Of a stretch of 64,000 nt of DNA, positions 1-9,178 are shown one piece after another. Position 1 is the stretch's first letter, and each line of letters starts with the position of its first letter. The position numbers and the translations under genes are program-made. The stretch covers positions 124,001 through 188,000 of IMG/VR virus record IMGVR_UViG_3300021962_000021; one strand, written 5' to 3'. Below the pieces are notes generated by a model, which ran no database searches, was not told where the DNA came from, and saw nothing but the letters and a program-made list of their open reading frames with translations.

Positions 1-150
1 AAACTTACAGATGGTATGTATGATGAAGATAACCAAAAGTATTTAGCCGGTCACGATATTAAAAAACAATTGAAAGGTAAATTACAATTTATTATGCATT
101 GGGCAGACCACATGTCTACTGTGATTGAAAGACAAGATGTCAAAATTTAA
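1..150 (+). CDS. C-terminal fragment of a probable HD-domain phosphohydrolase (5'-truncated by window)
   Basis: Frame 1 reads KLTDGMYDEDNQKYL...FIMHWADHMSTVIERQDVKI*, resembling the C-terminal H-x-A-D segment of phage HD proteins. Not in ORF track. Confidence 0.55.
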   Translation, partial: KLTDGMYDEDNQKYLAGHDIKKQLKGKLQFIMHWADHMSTVIERQDVKI

Positions 151-227
151 TGACATTATTTCCTAAAAAAAGTTTGGTATGATAGTTGAATAATAATAGT
201 ATATTGTTTAACAAAAAAATTAAAACT

Positions 228-623
228 ATGTATTACACAAATTTTGACAAAGTATTAGAATCTATTTTTGAAAGTAACTCTCCAGTTTGGGAAAACAAAT
301 CAACAACATTTGTTCCTTCTAAATTTGCAGTTGATGTAAAAGATGATAAAGCACACATTGCTTTAGCAGTGATAGGACATGACCCTAAAAACATTGAAAT
401 CAATTGTTATGAAGATAAAATTGAAGTTACTGCAACAAAAGAGAAAAAAGATTCACAAAACGCAGTTGACCAGTTGATTGGAAACATTAAAGAAACAATC
501 ACATTGGGTAAAGACTTAGATGGTAGAAATGCAAAAGCGGAAATTAAAAATGGTATCTTATCAATCTTAGTAGAAAGAAAAGAAGAATCCAAACCAAAAA
601 AATTAACCTTAAAAGTTGGTTAA
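228..623 (+). CDS. Small heat-shock protein (Hsp20/alpha-crystallin domain)
   Basis: ...AEIKNGILSILVERKEESKPKKLTLKVG is the typical sHSP C-terminal strand and tail. ATG at 228 (taaaactATG) preferred over the track start at 186. Confidence 0.85.
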   Translation: MYYTNFDKVLESIFESNSPVWENKSTTFVPSKFAVDVKDDKAHIALAVIGHDPKNIEINCYEDKIEVTATKEKKDSQNAVDQLIGNIKETITLGKDLDGRNAKAEIKNGILSILVERKEESKPKKLTLKVG

Positions 624-646
624 TTCAGTTATTTTTTGTATATTAC
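616..646 (+). promoter_or_regulatory. Putative host-type promoter TTGGT-N18-TATATT
   Basis: TTGGT 616-620 and TATATT from 639; identical spacing at 2007 and 25589. Confidence 0.45.
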
Positions 647-647
647 G

Positions 648-680
648 AAGGTAGGAGTTTTATAACTTCTACCTTTTTTT
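648..680 (+). terminator. Rho-independent terminator after hsp20
   Basis: AAGGTAGGAGTT-ttat-AACTTCTACCTT stem (one G-U pair) followed by a T run. Confidence 0.8.
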
Positions 681-690
681 ATTTAATAAA

Positions 691-698
691 ATATTTAT
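691..698 (+). promoter_or_regulatory. Putative late promoter ATATTTAT
   Basis: Intergenic, 4 nt before the ATG at 703; same motif recurs before 10 genes. Confidence 0.55.
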
Positions 699-702
699 TA
701 GT

Positions 703-879
703 ATGATATATAACGAAAAAATACAAAACTTATTAGAAGCGTTGAATGGTAAGTTGAGAATTATCCAGAATGTTGCAAATGGTGCACAACAACTTTCACC
801 ATCAGAAATTAATACGGTAATTGAAGATGCTAGGAAAATAGTAGAGCGTGCTTCTGAATTAGTATCAATCAATAGATAA
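703..879 (+). CDS. Small hypothetical protein (58 aa), missed by ORF track
   Basis: MIYNEKIQNLLEALNGKLRIIQNVANGAQQLSPSEINTVIEDARKIVERASELVSINR*; TAATG overlap with the next gene; motif upstream. Confidence 0.8.
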   Translation: MIYNEKIQNLLEALNGKLRIIQNVANGAQQLSPSEINTVIEDARKIVERASELVSINR

Positions 880-2006
880 TGAATTGGCTTAAATATTTAG
901 TGGGATTTTCCGCACTAATTATTGCAGGATGTGCGGCTTATTTTTCTGTTACCGGATTAGGTGTTTTATTTGCAGGTGCTTCTTTATCGGTAATGATAAT
1001 GGCATCTTCGTTGGAACTTGCTAAATTGGTAGCGGCAACTTATTTAAAACAAAAATGGGATGAAATAAGTGGTTTTAACAAATGGTATCTAACTATTTCG
1101 GTTGGAGTTCTTATGTTAATTACTTCCGCCGGCATATTTGGATATCTTTCAAATGCATTTCAGGCACAATCACTTAAATTGCAAGTAGTTGATAGAGAAA
1201 TTTTAGTTTATCAAACAAAAATCGACCAAAATACCGCTCAAATTACTCAATTAAACGAACAATTGAACGGATTATCCCAAACGCAATCAACGATTTTAGA
1301 AAAAGGTAAAGTAAATTCTCGTTTACTGCGTAGTATTGACAGTAAAGACCGTCAGACTTCTCAAATTAACAAAAAAATTGAGGGTTTACAAACCGAAAAT
1401 GCAAAAAATACCGAAAAAATTAATGAAATTAAACTTGCTAACTTAGATTTAGAAAAAGAAGTTGGTGGATTTCGTTTTGTTGCAGAAGCATTTGGTATGG
1501 AATTGAAAAATGTTGTAAAATTCTTCATATTTTTGATTGTAATTGTGTTTGACCCTCTGGCAGTAGCACTTATCATCGCATTTAATGGATTAGTTGGTAA
1601 AAAAAATCGAAAAGAAGAAGAAAATTTAACAGAAAATGTAAAATTAAATCAATCAATTCTACAAAATTCCGAATTAGTGGAAAAAAATTACCAAATTTAC
1701 GGAGATAGTAGAAAAAATTCTACAAATGTAGAAGAAAATGAGGTTATAATGGAAAAAATTCCATCTGGACCAGTAAGAATACCAATTGATTTGGATGGTG
1801 ATGGAACGATTGATGGGTATGATACGGATGGAGATGGGATGATAGATGAGTGGGAAGAAAGTGGTGATGAAGAAAGACAAAGAGGTTTAAGAAACTCTAT
1901 ACCATACTACGCAAAAGAAGATTTTAATTGGGCAAATAAAGCCAGTTGGATAAATGACCAAAACGCAGTTAATTATTGGTTAGCATACAAAAAATCAAAG
2001 AAATAA
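879..2006 (+). CDS. Membrane protein with coiled coil and DxDGDG Ca-binding-like loops
   Basis: Three N-terminal hydrophobic helices, a coiled coil, a further TM helix, then DLDGDGTIDGYDTDGDGMIDEW. Confidence 0.7.
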   Translation: MNWLKYLVGFSALIIAGCAAYFSVTGLGVLFAGASLSVMIMASSLELAKLVAATYLKQKWDEISGFNKWYLTISVGVLMLITSAGIFGYLSNAFQAQSLKLQVVDREILVYQTKIDQNTAQITQLNEQLNGLSQTQSTILEKGKVNSRLLRSIDSKDRQTSQINKKIEGLQTENAKNTEKINEIKLANLDLEKEVGGFRFVAEAFGMELKNVVKFFIFLIVIVFDPLAVALIIAFNGLVGKKNRKEEENLTENVKLNQSILQNSELVEKNYQIYGDSRKNSTNVEENEVIMEKIPSGPVRIPIDLDGDGTIDGYDTDGDGMIDEWEESGDEERQRGLRNSIPYYAKEDFNWANKASWINDQNAVNYWLAYKKSKK

Positions 2007-2037
2007 TTGGTATTTTAATTTATTTTTCTTATATTAC
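2007..2037 (+). promoter_or_regulatory. Putative host-type promoter TTGGT-N18-TATATT upstream of uvsE
   Basis: TTGGT 2007-2011 and TATATTAC 2030-2037, in the gap before the ATG at 2043. Confidence 0.5.
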
Positions 2038-2042
2038 ATTCT

Positions 2043-2930
2043 ATGAATATAGGATATGCTTGTATAAACCTTTCATTAGGTAAAAAAATAACTACAAATC
2101 GAACAATGATTAAAAAAACCTTTACGGAAAAAGGTTTGGATTATGTTTCTGATTTGGTATTACAAAATGTTGCCGATTTAGAACGAATCATTGATTGGAA
2201 TGAAGAAATGGGTATTAAATTATACCGAATGAGTTCAGAAATGTTCCCATGGGCTACCGAATACGAATTTACACAACTAAAAGATTGGAAAGCAATATCA
2301 AACATACTAAAAAGATGTGGTGATAAAGCATGGTTGTATGGACAACGCCTAACATTCCATCCAGGTCCGTTTAATGTATTGACTTCCCCAAAAGAAAGTG
2401 TAGTTTTGAATACAATTAAGGATTTAGAGGTGCATGGTAGAATTATGGATGCTATGGGATTATCTCAAACTCAATATAACGCAATTAATATTCATTGTAA
2501 TGGTGTTTACGGAGATAAAAACTCTGCGATGGATAGATTTATCAAAAACTTCCAAAGATGTTCTAATTCGGTTAAAAATAGGCTTACAATTGAGAATGAT
2601 GATAAAGCATCAATGTATTCAGTTAAAGATTTGATGTATATTCACAAAAATACGGGTATTCCGATTGTATTTGATTATCACCACCACAAATTTTGCACAG
2701 GTGATTTATCCGAAGAACAGGCACTTCAATTAGCAGCTACAACATGGCCGGCAAATATCAAACAATTGACACATTATTCGGAATCAAAATCATTACACGA
2801 AAATAATACAAAATTAAAACCCCAAGCTCACTCCGATTATATCAATGAATTACCAAATTCATATGGTGTTGATATTGATGTTGAGATTGAGGCAAAAGCA
2901 AAAGATTTAGCAATTATAAACTTTATATAA
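2043..2930 (+). CDS. uvsE: UV-damage endonuclease (UvsE/UVDE)
   Basis: IGYACIN, YRMSSEMFPW, RLTFHPGPF, RLTIENDD, VFDYHHH, HYSES, QAHSDYI and EAKAKD are the canonical UVDE motifs. Confidence 0.93.
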   Translation: MNIGYACINLSLGKKITTNRTMIKKTFTEKGLDYVSDLVLQNVADLERIIDWNEEMGIKLYRMSSEMFPWATEYEFTQLKDWKAISNILKRCGDKAWLYGQRLTFHPGPFNVLTSPKESVVLNTIKDLEVHGRIMDAMGLSQTQYNAINIHCNGVYGDKNSAMDRFIKNFQRCSNSVKNRLTIENDDKASMYSVKDLMYIHKNTGIPIVFDYHHHKFCTGDLSEEQALQLAATTWPANIKQLTHYSESKSLHENNTKLKPQAHSDYINELPNSYGVDIDVEIEAKAKDLAIINFI

Positions 2931-3305
2931 ATGAAAAAATACGCATTATACATCGGAAGATGGCAAACGTGGCACGCAGGACATGAATGGTTGATTAGTC
3001 AGCAATTAGATAAAGGAAAAAATGTATGGGTAGCAATTAGAGATGTTCAAGTTGATGAAAACAATCCAAAATCAGCACAACAAGTTTTAATAGATTTATC
3101 TAAAGAAAAATTCTTTATTGATAATTCTGATAAAATTATGATTTCAATTATTCCAGATATTGAAAGTGTGAATTACGGTAGAGGTGTTGGATATGATGTT
3201 ATACATCATCACCCACCGGTTGATATAGAATTAATTAGTGGAACTAAAATTAGAAAAGGGTATATGGATACCGATGGAGATATTATAGAGTATGCCGTTG
3301 ATTAA
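2931..3305 (+). CDS. HIGH-motif nucleotidyltransferase (cytidylyltransferase-like)
   Basis: GRWQTWHAGH (HxGH) and C-terminal ISGTKIR. Confidence 0.8.
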   Translation: MKKYALYIGRWQTWHAGHEWLISQQLDKGKNVWVAIRDVQVDENNPKSAQQVLIDLSKEKFFIDNSDKIMISIIPDIESVNYGRGVGYDVIHHHPPVDIELISGTKIRKGYMDTDGDIIEYAVD

Positions 3306-3504
3306 AAGACATATAGTAAAAAGTGTTAGTTATCGTTTTATAGGAACTATAACTACTATAATTCTTACAGTTTCCGCAGGTCTACCTATAAAGTGGGCGG
3401 GTATGGTTGGTTTAGGAGAATTAATAATAAAACCAATAATTTACTTTCTACATGAAAGATTTTGGTATAAATTTATAAAATACGGATTAAAAAAAGAAAA
3501 ATGA
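3292..3504 (+). CDS. DUF2061-like small membrane protein
   Basis: RHIVKSVSYRFIGTITT ... IYFLHERFW matches the DUF2061 pattern. Confidence 0.75.
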   Translation: MPLIKRHIVKSVSYRFIGTITTIILTVSAGLPIKWAGMVGLGELIIKPIIYFLHERFWYKFIKYGLKKEK

Positions 3505-4136
3505 AATTGATTATTGACAAAGACAGTAGAGGATTTGAAACAAAGGAATTTAGAGAGTATCTAAAAACACCATGTCCGAAAACAGAAATTACGCAAAAAG
3601 AAGCTGATGAGTTAAGAACTCAATTAGAAGAAGGTATGAAACAATACCCGGGTTTAGGAATATCAGCTACTCAATTAGGTATTAAAAAAAGAGCATGTTT
3701 AATTAAATTTGGTGATGAAGAACTATTTTTAGTTAATCCTGTTATTAAAGAAAAATCTAAAGATGGATTTCTTTTTTATGAAGGTTGCCTATCAATACCC
3801 AGAACGGTTGAAAGGCCTATTAGAACAATTAGAGCTTGTAAAGTTGTAGTTGATACGGATAATTTGGGTGAATTAACATTTGAAATCAATCCAGAAGGAG
3901 ATAAGCAAAACGAACAGGTTTCAAAAGAAACAATGATGACCGTTATAGTTCAACACGAAATTGACCATTTAGATGGATTCACTATTAAGGATAGAGTTTA
4001 CACTACTACGGTTGTTAAACGACAAACTTATGGTAGAAACGATAAGATTGTAATGAAATCACCTGAAGGGGATTTAGTTGAAGTGAAATATAAAAAAGCA
4101 AACGATTATTTTTTAAAAGGATATGAAATAGTATAA
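3501..4136 (+). CDS. def: Peptide deformylase
   Basis: All three PDF motifs: GLGISATQLG, EGCLS, QHEIDHLDG. Confidence 0.93.
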   Translation: MKLIIDKDSRGFETKEFREYLKTPCPKTEITQKEADELRTQLEEGMKQYPGLGISATQLGIKKRACLIKFGDEELFLVNPVIKEKSKDGFLFYEGCLSIPRTVERPIRTIRACKVVVDTDNLGELTFEINPEGDKQNEQVSKETMMTVIVQHEIDHLDGFTIKDRVYTTTVVKRQTYGRNDKIVMKSPEGDLVEVKYKKANDYFLKGYEIV

Positions 4137-4137
4137 T

Positions 4138-4401
4138 ATGGAATTAGTAACATTTATAACATCAGTTTTATTTTTTATATCATTGTATATTAATTTTAAT
4201 TTATTTAGAAAATTAGAAAAATACGAAGATTTAATTGACGAAAATAATCAATTCATAGATAAAGAGATTCAAAGAAACGAAGCATTGCTGGAAGCATTAA
4301 GACAAATTGACCAACGTCAGATGTTTGAGAAGGATGATGAAGTAGGTTCTATATTTTACCAAATAAAAGAAACTATTGAAAAATTCAAACAAATAAAATA
4401 A
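4138..4401 (+). CDS. Hypothetical protein with N-terminal membrane anchor
   Basis: Hydrophobic residues 1-22, then a charged helical region; tight spacing with both neighbours. Confidence 0.7.
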   Translation: MELVTFITSVLFFISLYINFNLFRKLEKYEDLIDENNQFIDKEIQRNEALLEALRQIDQRQMFEKDDEVGSIFYQIKETIEKFKQIK

Positions 4402-4402
4402 T

Positions 4403-5095
4403 ATGCCCAGAAAAAGAGGTCCAAATAGACAATATTTTACCAAAGATACCGAAGATGCTATCATAGAATATAATTCAACTCAAGATCAATTTGTAAAAGA
4501 CAAATTATATAGAGAAAGAATTGATTCTGCATTTAAAAAATTAGCAGAGATAGTTTACAATAAATGGAAATTCACTTACTTTGATGATGACCCTCAGGAT
4601 GTAATGGCAGAAGTAGTTGCATTTATGATTGAGAAAATTCATATGTATAAAAATGGTAAAGGTAAAGCATTCTCATATTTTACGATTGTTGCAAGAAACT
4701 ATCTTATTTTAAATAACAATGCAAACTACAAACGATACAAAGATACGGATGTAATGTCATCAATGCCTGAAAATTGGGATACTGAAAATAATTTTAGACA
4801 AGAAGTTAGAAATGATGAACATAGAACATTTAATCAAAGAATGTTGGAATATTGGGATAAGCATTTAGAAAACTATTTTCCAAAGAAAAGAGATATGCAA
4901 ATTGCAGATGCTGTATTAGAATTATTTAGAAGAGCAGAGTATATAGAAAATTTCAATAAAAAATCACTTTATCTACTTATTAGAGAAATGACCGGTCACC
5001 CTACTCATTATATAACGAAAGTTGTCAATAAAATGAAAGAAAGACAAATGGAATTATATAATGAATTTGATAAAGAAGGTGATATAAAAATATAA
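4403..5095 (+). CDS. Phage RNA polymerase sigma-like factor (sigma70 region-2 / gp55-like)
   Basis: DVMAEVVAFMIEKIHMYKNGKGKAFSYFTIVARNYLI resembles sigma region 2.2-2.4; helical C-terminus. Confidence 0.6.
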   Translation: MPRKRGPNRQYFTKDTEDAIIEYNSTQDQFVKDKLYRERIDSAFKKLAEIVYNKWKFTYFDDDPQDVMAEVVAFMIEKIHMYKNGKGKAFSYFTIVARNYLILNNNANYKRYKDTDVMSSMPENWDTENNFRQEVRNDEHRTFNQRMLEYWDKHLENYFPKKRDMQIADAVLELFRRAEYIENFNKKSLYLLIREMTGHPTHYITKVVNKMKERQMELYNEFDKEGDIKI

Positions 5096-5098
5096 ACT

Positions 5099-6793
5099 AT
5101 GATACAATTAGGTTTATCAGGATTCTACCACGATTCAGCTGCAGCCTTAGTAATTGATGGTAAAGTAATAGCGGCAATTGAAGAAGAGAAACTATCTGGC
5201 ATTAAGCACGATAGTTCTTTTCCGTTTAAGGCAATACAATGGGTTTTACAATATGCACATATAACAATTGATGAAGTTGATATGGTTTGTTGGTATGAGG
5301 ACCCTCAATCAAAGTTTGATAGAGTTAAAAAGACAGTTGGTAAATTAAATGGATTTAGATATCCAAAGCAATGGAAGGCTTTCTTAAAAAGATGGAAAAT
5401 GGGTGAGGGTAATTTGAAAGGACTATTGGAATCAATTGGATATACGGGTATTATAGAATATACACCACATCATTTTTCACATTTAGCATTTTCATATTAT
5501 ACATCACCATTTGATAAAGCAATTGGGGTATCAATTGATGGTGTTGGTGAATTTAATACAATGCATGCTGTAATGTGTTATCCTGATAAATTTCATACAA
5601 TACAAACCCTACAATTTCCAAACTCATTAGGATTGGTTTATTCAGCGTTCACTGCATATTTAGGATTCAAACCAAACGAAGGTGAGTATAAAGTAATGGG
5701 ATTGGCACCATATGGTGATGCTTCAAAATATCAACAATTATTTGATAAAATAACTGGATGGGATAGATTGGGTGATATCGTTACAATTGACCAAAAATAC
5801 TTTACATATGTGACATCCGAAACTGATATGTTTAATCATAAATTAATTAATTTAATTGGATTTCCTCCTCGTTTTAGAGATGAACCAATAGAACAACATC
5901 ATAAAGATTTAGCTGCATCATTACAAAGATGGTATGAAAGTATGTTATATTATATTATCAATAATGTAACTAATAATTGGAATAGTGAAAATTTAGTATT
6001 AGGTGGTGGATGTGCATATAATGGAACTGCTAATGGTAAGATTAAAAAACATACATCAATAAAAAATATTTGGATTCCATTTGCACCATCAGATAGTGGT
6101 TCTGCTATTGGTGCATGTTTATATCATTGGCATCAAACATTGGGTCATCCTAAAGTAAAAGGTGGTGATAATCAATCACCATATTTAGGTCCTAAGTGGG
6201 AACTATCGGTTGGAGATATAGTTAAACAAAACAAAAAATTATGCGTTGAAGTTGCACAAGATGATGAAAGATTGTGTGAAATTGTTGCAAAATATATTAA
6301 GAAGGGAAAAATAGTAGGTTGGTTTCAAGGTAGGACTGAATTTGGTGCAAGAGCATTAGGTAATCGTTCCATATTGGGTAATCCACATCTATCTGATATT
6401 AGAGATAGAATTAATAAGGTTGTCAAAAAGAGAGAAATGTTTAGACCATTTGCTCCTTCGGTTACAATCGAAGATTATCAAAAGTATTTTAAATCAGAAG
6501 AAGATGTTCCGTATATGAATCAAGTTGTTCAAGTTATTTCCGAAACACCAATCCCTTCAGTAACACATGTGGATAATAGTGCAAGAATACAAACGGTAAC
6601 AAAGGAACAAAATCCACTTTATTACAAATTATTAAAGGAGTTTGAGAAACTAACAGGAACACCAATTCTATTAAACACATCATTCAATTTAAAAGACCAC
6701 ACAATGACAAATGACCCAAATAAAGCAATTTGGACATTTTTAAATTGTGATATGGATATATTAGTTATTAATAATTTTATAATTTATAAGTAA
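5099..6793 (+). CDS. O-carbamoyltransferase (NodU/CmcH/TobZ family)
   Basis: HDSAAAL, EEEKLSGIKH, HHFSH, IDGVGE, EYKVMGLAPYG, GGCAYN, DSGSAIGA, EFGARALGNRS, RPFAP, THVDNSARIQTV, LNTSFN. Confidence 0.95.
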   Translation: MIQLGLSGFYHDSAAALVIDGKVIAAIEEEKLSGIKHDSSFPFKAIQWVLQYAHITIDEVDMVCWYEDPQSKFDRVKKTVGKLNGFRYPKQWKAFLKRWKMGEGNLKGLLESIGYTGIIEYTPHHFSHLAFSYYTSPFDKAIGVSIDGVGEFNTMHAVMCYPDKFHTIQTLQFPNSLGLVYSAFTAYLGFKPNEGEYKVMGLAPYGDASKYQQLFDKITGWDRLGDIVTIDQKYFTYVTSETDMFNHKLINLIGFPPRFRDEPIEQHHKDLAASLQRWYESMLYYIINNVTNNWNSENLVLGGGCAYNGTANGKIKKHTSIKNIWIPFAPSDSGSAIGACLYHWHQTLGHPKVKGGDNQSPYLGPKWELSVGDIVKQNKKLCVEVAQDDERLCEIVAKYIKKGKIVGWFQGRTEFGARALGNRSILGNPHLSDIRDRINKVVKKREMFRPFAPSVTIEDYQKYFKSEEDVPYMNQVVQVISETPIPSVTHVDNSARIQTVTKEQNPLYYKLLKEFEKLTGTPILLNTSFNLKDHTMTNDPNKAIWTFLNCDMDILVINNFIIYK

Positions 6794-7554
6794 TGATATT
6801 ACATGCATATGGAGATAGTTGGACAGAGGGTGAAGGTTGTAATATTAAAAAAGAAAAAAGTTTAAAAAACCAAGATTTAATAATATACCGAAATAACCAT
6901 TCTTGGGTAAAAACATTGGCGGAATCGCTTAATGTTAATTGGATTAATAATGGTAAAAGTGGTAATCCAAATGCGGTAATATTCAACTCCATAATAGATG
7001 ATGTTGTTACAGGCAGAATAAAAAAGAATGATTTGGTTATTATAATGTGGAGTTCATCTTTAAGAGATTATGCCGCATTTTTACCAAGACAACAATGGGT
7101 TAGTTGGTCTGTAAAACACTTATTAAATAAGCCTGAAAAATTTATAGAATCTTATAAAAGTAATGATAATGTATATGATTCATTTTTAAAAGAATATAAA
7201 TCATTCTTTTTAGAAAATCTTTTTAATCAAAATTATTACAACATTGTTAATCAAAATTATATTATTTTTTTACAAAAATTATTAGAATTTTATGAAATTA
7301 AATACATCATGTCTGATGCTTTTGATAAAATGGTAGATGTTGAAAATTTAAATTTAGATGATAATTATTTAGATTTGATTAATAAAAATTTATATTGGAA
7401 ATTTAGTGAAAAAACATTTAGAGATTTTTTAGAAGAAACCAACACAGATTGTTTTGAAGATACTAATGAACCTGGTAAACATCCTAATGCATTGGGGTAT
7501 AATCTAATAAGTCAGGAATTTTATAATTATATAGTAAAGAACAAAGTAATATAA
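6793..7554 (+). CDS. SGNH/GDSL-like hydrolase or acyltransferase
   Basis: N-terminal YGDSWTEG, GKSG block and C-terminal HPNALGY. Confidence 0.65.
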   Translation: MILHAYGDSWTEGEGCNIKKEKSLKNQDLIIYRNNHSWVKTLAESLNVNWINNGKSGNPNAVIFNSIIDDVVTGRIKKNDLVIIMWSSSLRDYAAFLPRQQWVSWSVKHLLNKPEKFIESYKSNDNVYDSFLKEYKSFFLENLFNQNYYNIVNQNYIIFLQKLLEFYEIKYIMSDAFDKMVDVENLNLDDNYLDLINKNLYWKFSEKTFRDFLEETNTDCFEDTNEPGKHPNALGYNLISQEFYNYIVKNKVI

Positions 7555-7961
7555 TGGCAACAGAATTTCAATTATTTGATGGTAAAAACTTATCATCATT
7601 ATTTAAAGATATATACGAAAACCAACAAAACAAAAAGAAAAACATTTCGGAATTGATTGAATCATTAAGAAAATTAATTAAGAATGTTGGTGAAGCAACT
7701 GTTATTGCTCCAATCATAAAAGACCTTATTGAGGTATCCGTTAAGAACGATGACCACTTAATTAAACTTGCAACAATTGCACAAAGATTAGCAGCTGCAG
7801 AAGCAAAGGGTATTGGTGAAGATGGTTGGTTGAGTGAAAATGAAAAAGCTCAATTGTTAGCTGATATGGAGGATACTATAAATGCCGTAGAAGAAAAAAA
7901 TAAAGAAAAGTTACAAGATATTGAAATTGAAATCGAAGAAATAAAAACTAAAGTAAAATAA
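7554..7961 (+). CDS. Hypothetical helical protein
   Basis: Start and stop overlap both neighbours; no recognised motif. Confidence 0.7.
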   Translation: MATEFQLFDGKNLSSLFKDIYENQQNKKKNISELIESLRKLIKNVGEATVIAPIIKDLIEVSVKNDDHLIKLATIAQRLAAAEAKGIGEDGWLSENEKAQLLADMEDTINAVEEKNKEKLQDIEIEIEEIKTKVK

Positions 7962-9178
7962 TGAATTCATTTTTAGCAACTGTAACAAAAGTTTTTTATA
8001 AGGAAGATGATTTTTTTAATACGGATAAAAAAAATGATTTTCTTTTAAAATACAATGATAATAAAAATTTTGCAGATAAAGATTCGAGATTTTTAGGAGC
8101 ATTATCTTATGCTAGAGAAACTCCGATTTTAATAGAAGCGTATGCGTTTCCTTTTGATAAAAATAATTTCACCTATCCAATCGTTGGTGAAACTGTTATT
8201 ATTTTAGAAATCGAAAATGAACATTTTTGGTTACCATATTCAACTACATTATATCCAAATTATAGAGAAGATTATAAAACTTCAGAGACAGCAAAAGAAA
8301 GAAAGCCTGAAACATCCAATACAAAATCTACGGCAAAGGATTATAAAGAAACAAAACAAACAGGAACAACAAACACACCAGCACCGGTTAAGAAATCAGA
8401 AAGCAAAAAATATAAGGTAAACGAAAAAATCAAATTTTTAAAACCTAAAGAGGGCGATACTATTATACAAGGTAGAGTAGGAAATACAATTAGATTTTCT
8501 GAGTTTTTTCTTACAGAAGATGATAAAACTTCATCACCTGGTATTTTTATAAGAAATAAACAAAATCCGGAATTAGATGATAAAAAAATTGGTGAGTTAA
8601 TTGAAGAAGATATAAATAAAGATGGAACATCCATTTATATAACATCTAATAAAATTAAAGTTCCATTTAAAGAAACGGTTGAAAAAACAAAAGTTGGATT
8701 TAAAGAATATCCAACATCAGATGATTTGAAAGGAGACCAGTTGTGGGTAAACTCCGATAGAATAGTTTTATCTGCAAAATCAAAAGAATTTATTATCTTT
8801 GGTAAAGGTAATGCGGGTATAATTACGGATGGTAATTTTTCTATTGATGCTGAAAAGGAAATATATTTTCATAATAAGAAAAATATAACAATTCATTCCG
8901 AAGGTTCTAATAACATATTCTTAAATTCCGATAGTGGTAAAATATATTTAGGAAAAGATAAAGGAGAAGGAGATGCGGGAGCATCCGTTCAAAAAATGGT
9001 ATTAGGTGGTGAATTAGTAAAGATATTAGAAGAATTGATAGATGCAATAACTAAACAAGTTTATTTAACACCAGCTGGTCCATCTGCAACCGGACCGACT
9101 AATGTTGCGCAATTCAATTCTATAAAATCAAAACTAAAAACATTATTATCAGCTAAAAACTATTTAAGTAAGAACTAA
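7961..9178 (+). CDS. Putative baseplate hub/central spike protein (gp5/VgrG-like)
   Basis: YPIVGETV OB-fold-like segment, EGDTIIQGRVGNTIRFS, NSDRIVLSAK beta-repeat region, apex-like C-terminus; upstream of gp25/gp6-like genes. Confidence 0.6.
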   Translation: MNSFLATVTKVFYKEDDFFNTDKKNDFLLKYNDNKNFADKDSRFLGALSYARETPILIEAYAFPFDKNNFTYPIVGETVIILEIENEHFWLPYSTTLYPNYREDYKTSETAKERKPETSNTKSTAKDYKETKQTGTTNTPAPVKKSESKKYKVNEKIKFLKPKEGDTIIQGRVGNTIRFSEFFLTEDDKTSSPGIFIRNKQNPELDDKKIGELIEEDINKDGTSIYITSNKIKVPFKETVEKTKVGFKEYPTSDDLKGDQLWVNSDRIVLSAKSKEFIIFGKGNAGIITDGNFSIDAEKEIYFHNKKNITIHSEGSNNIFLNSDSGKIYLGKDKGEGDAGASVQKMVLGGELVKILEELIDAITKQVYLTPAGPSATGPTNVAQFNSIKSKLKTLLSAKNYLSKN

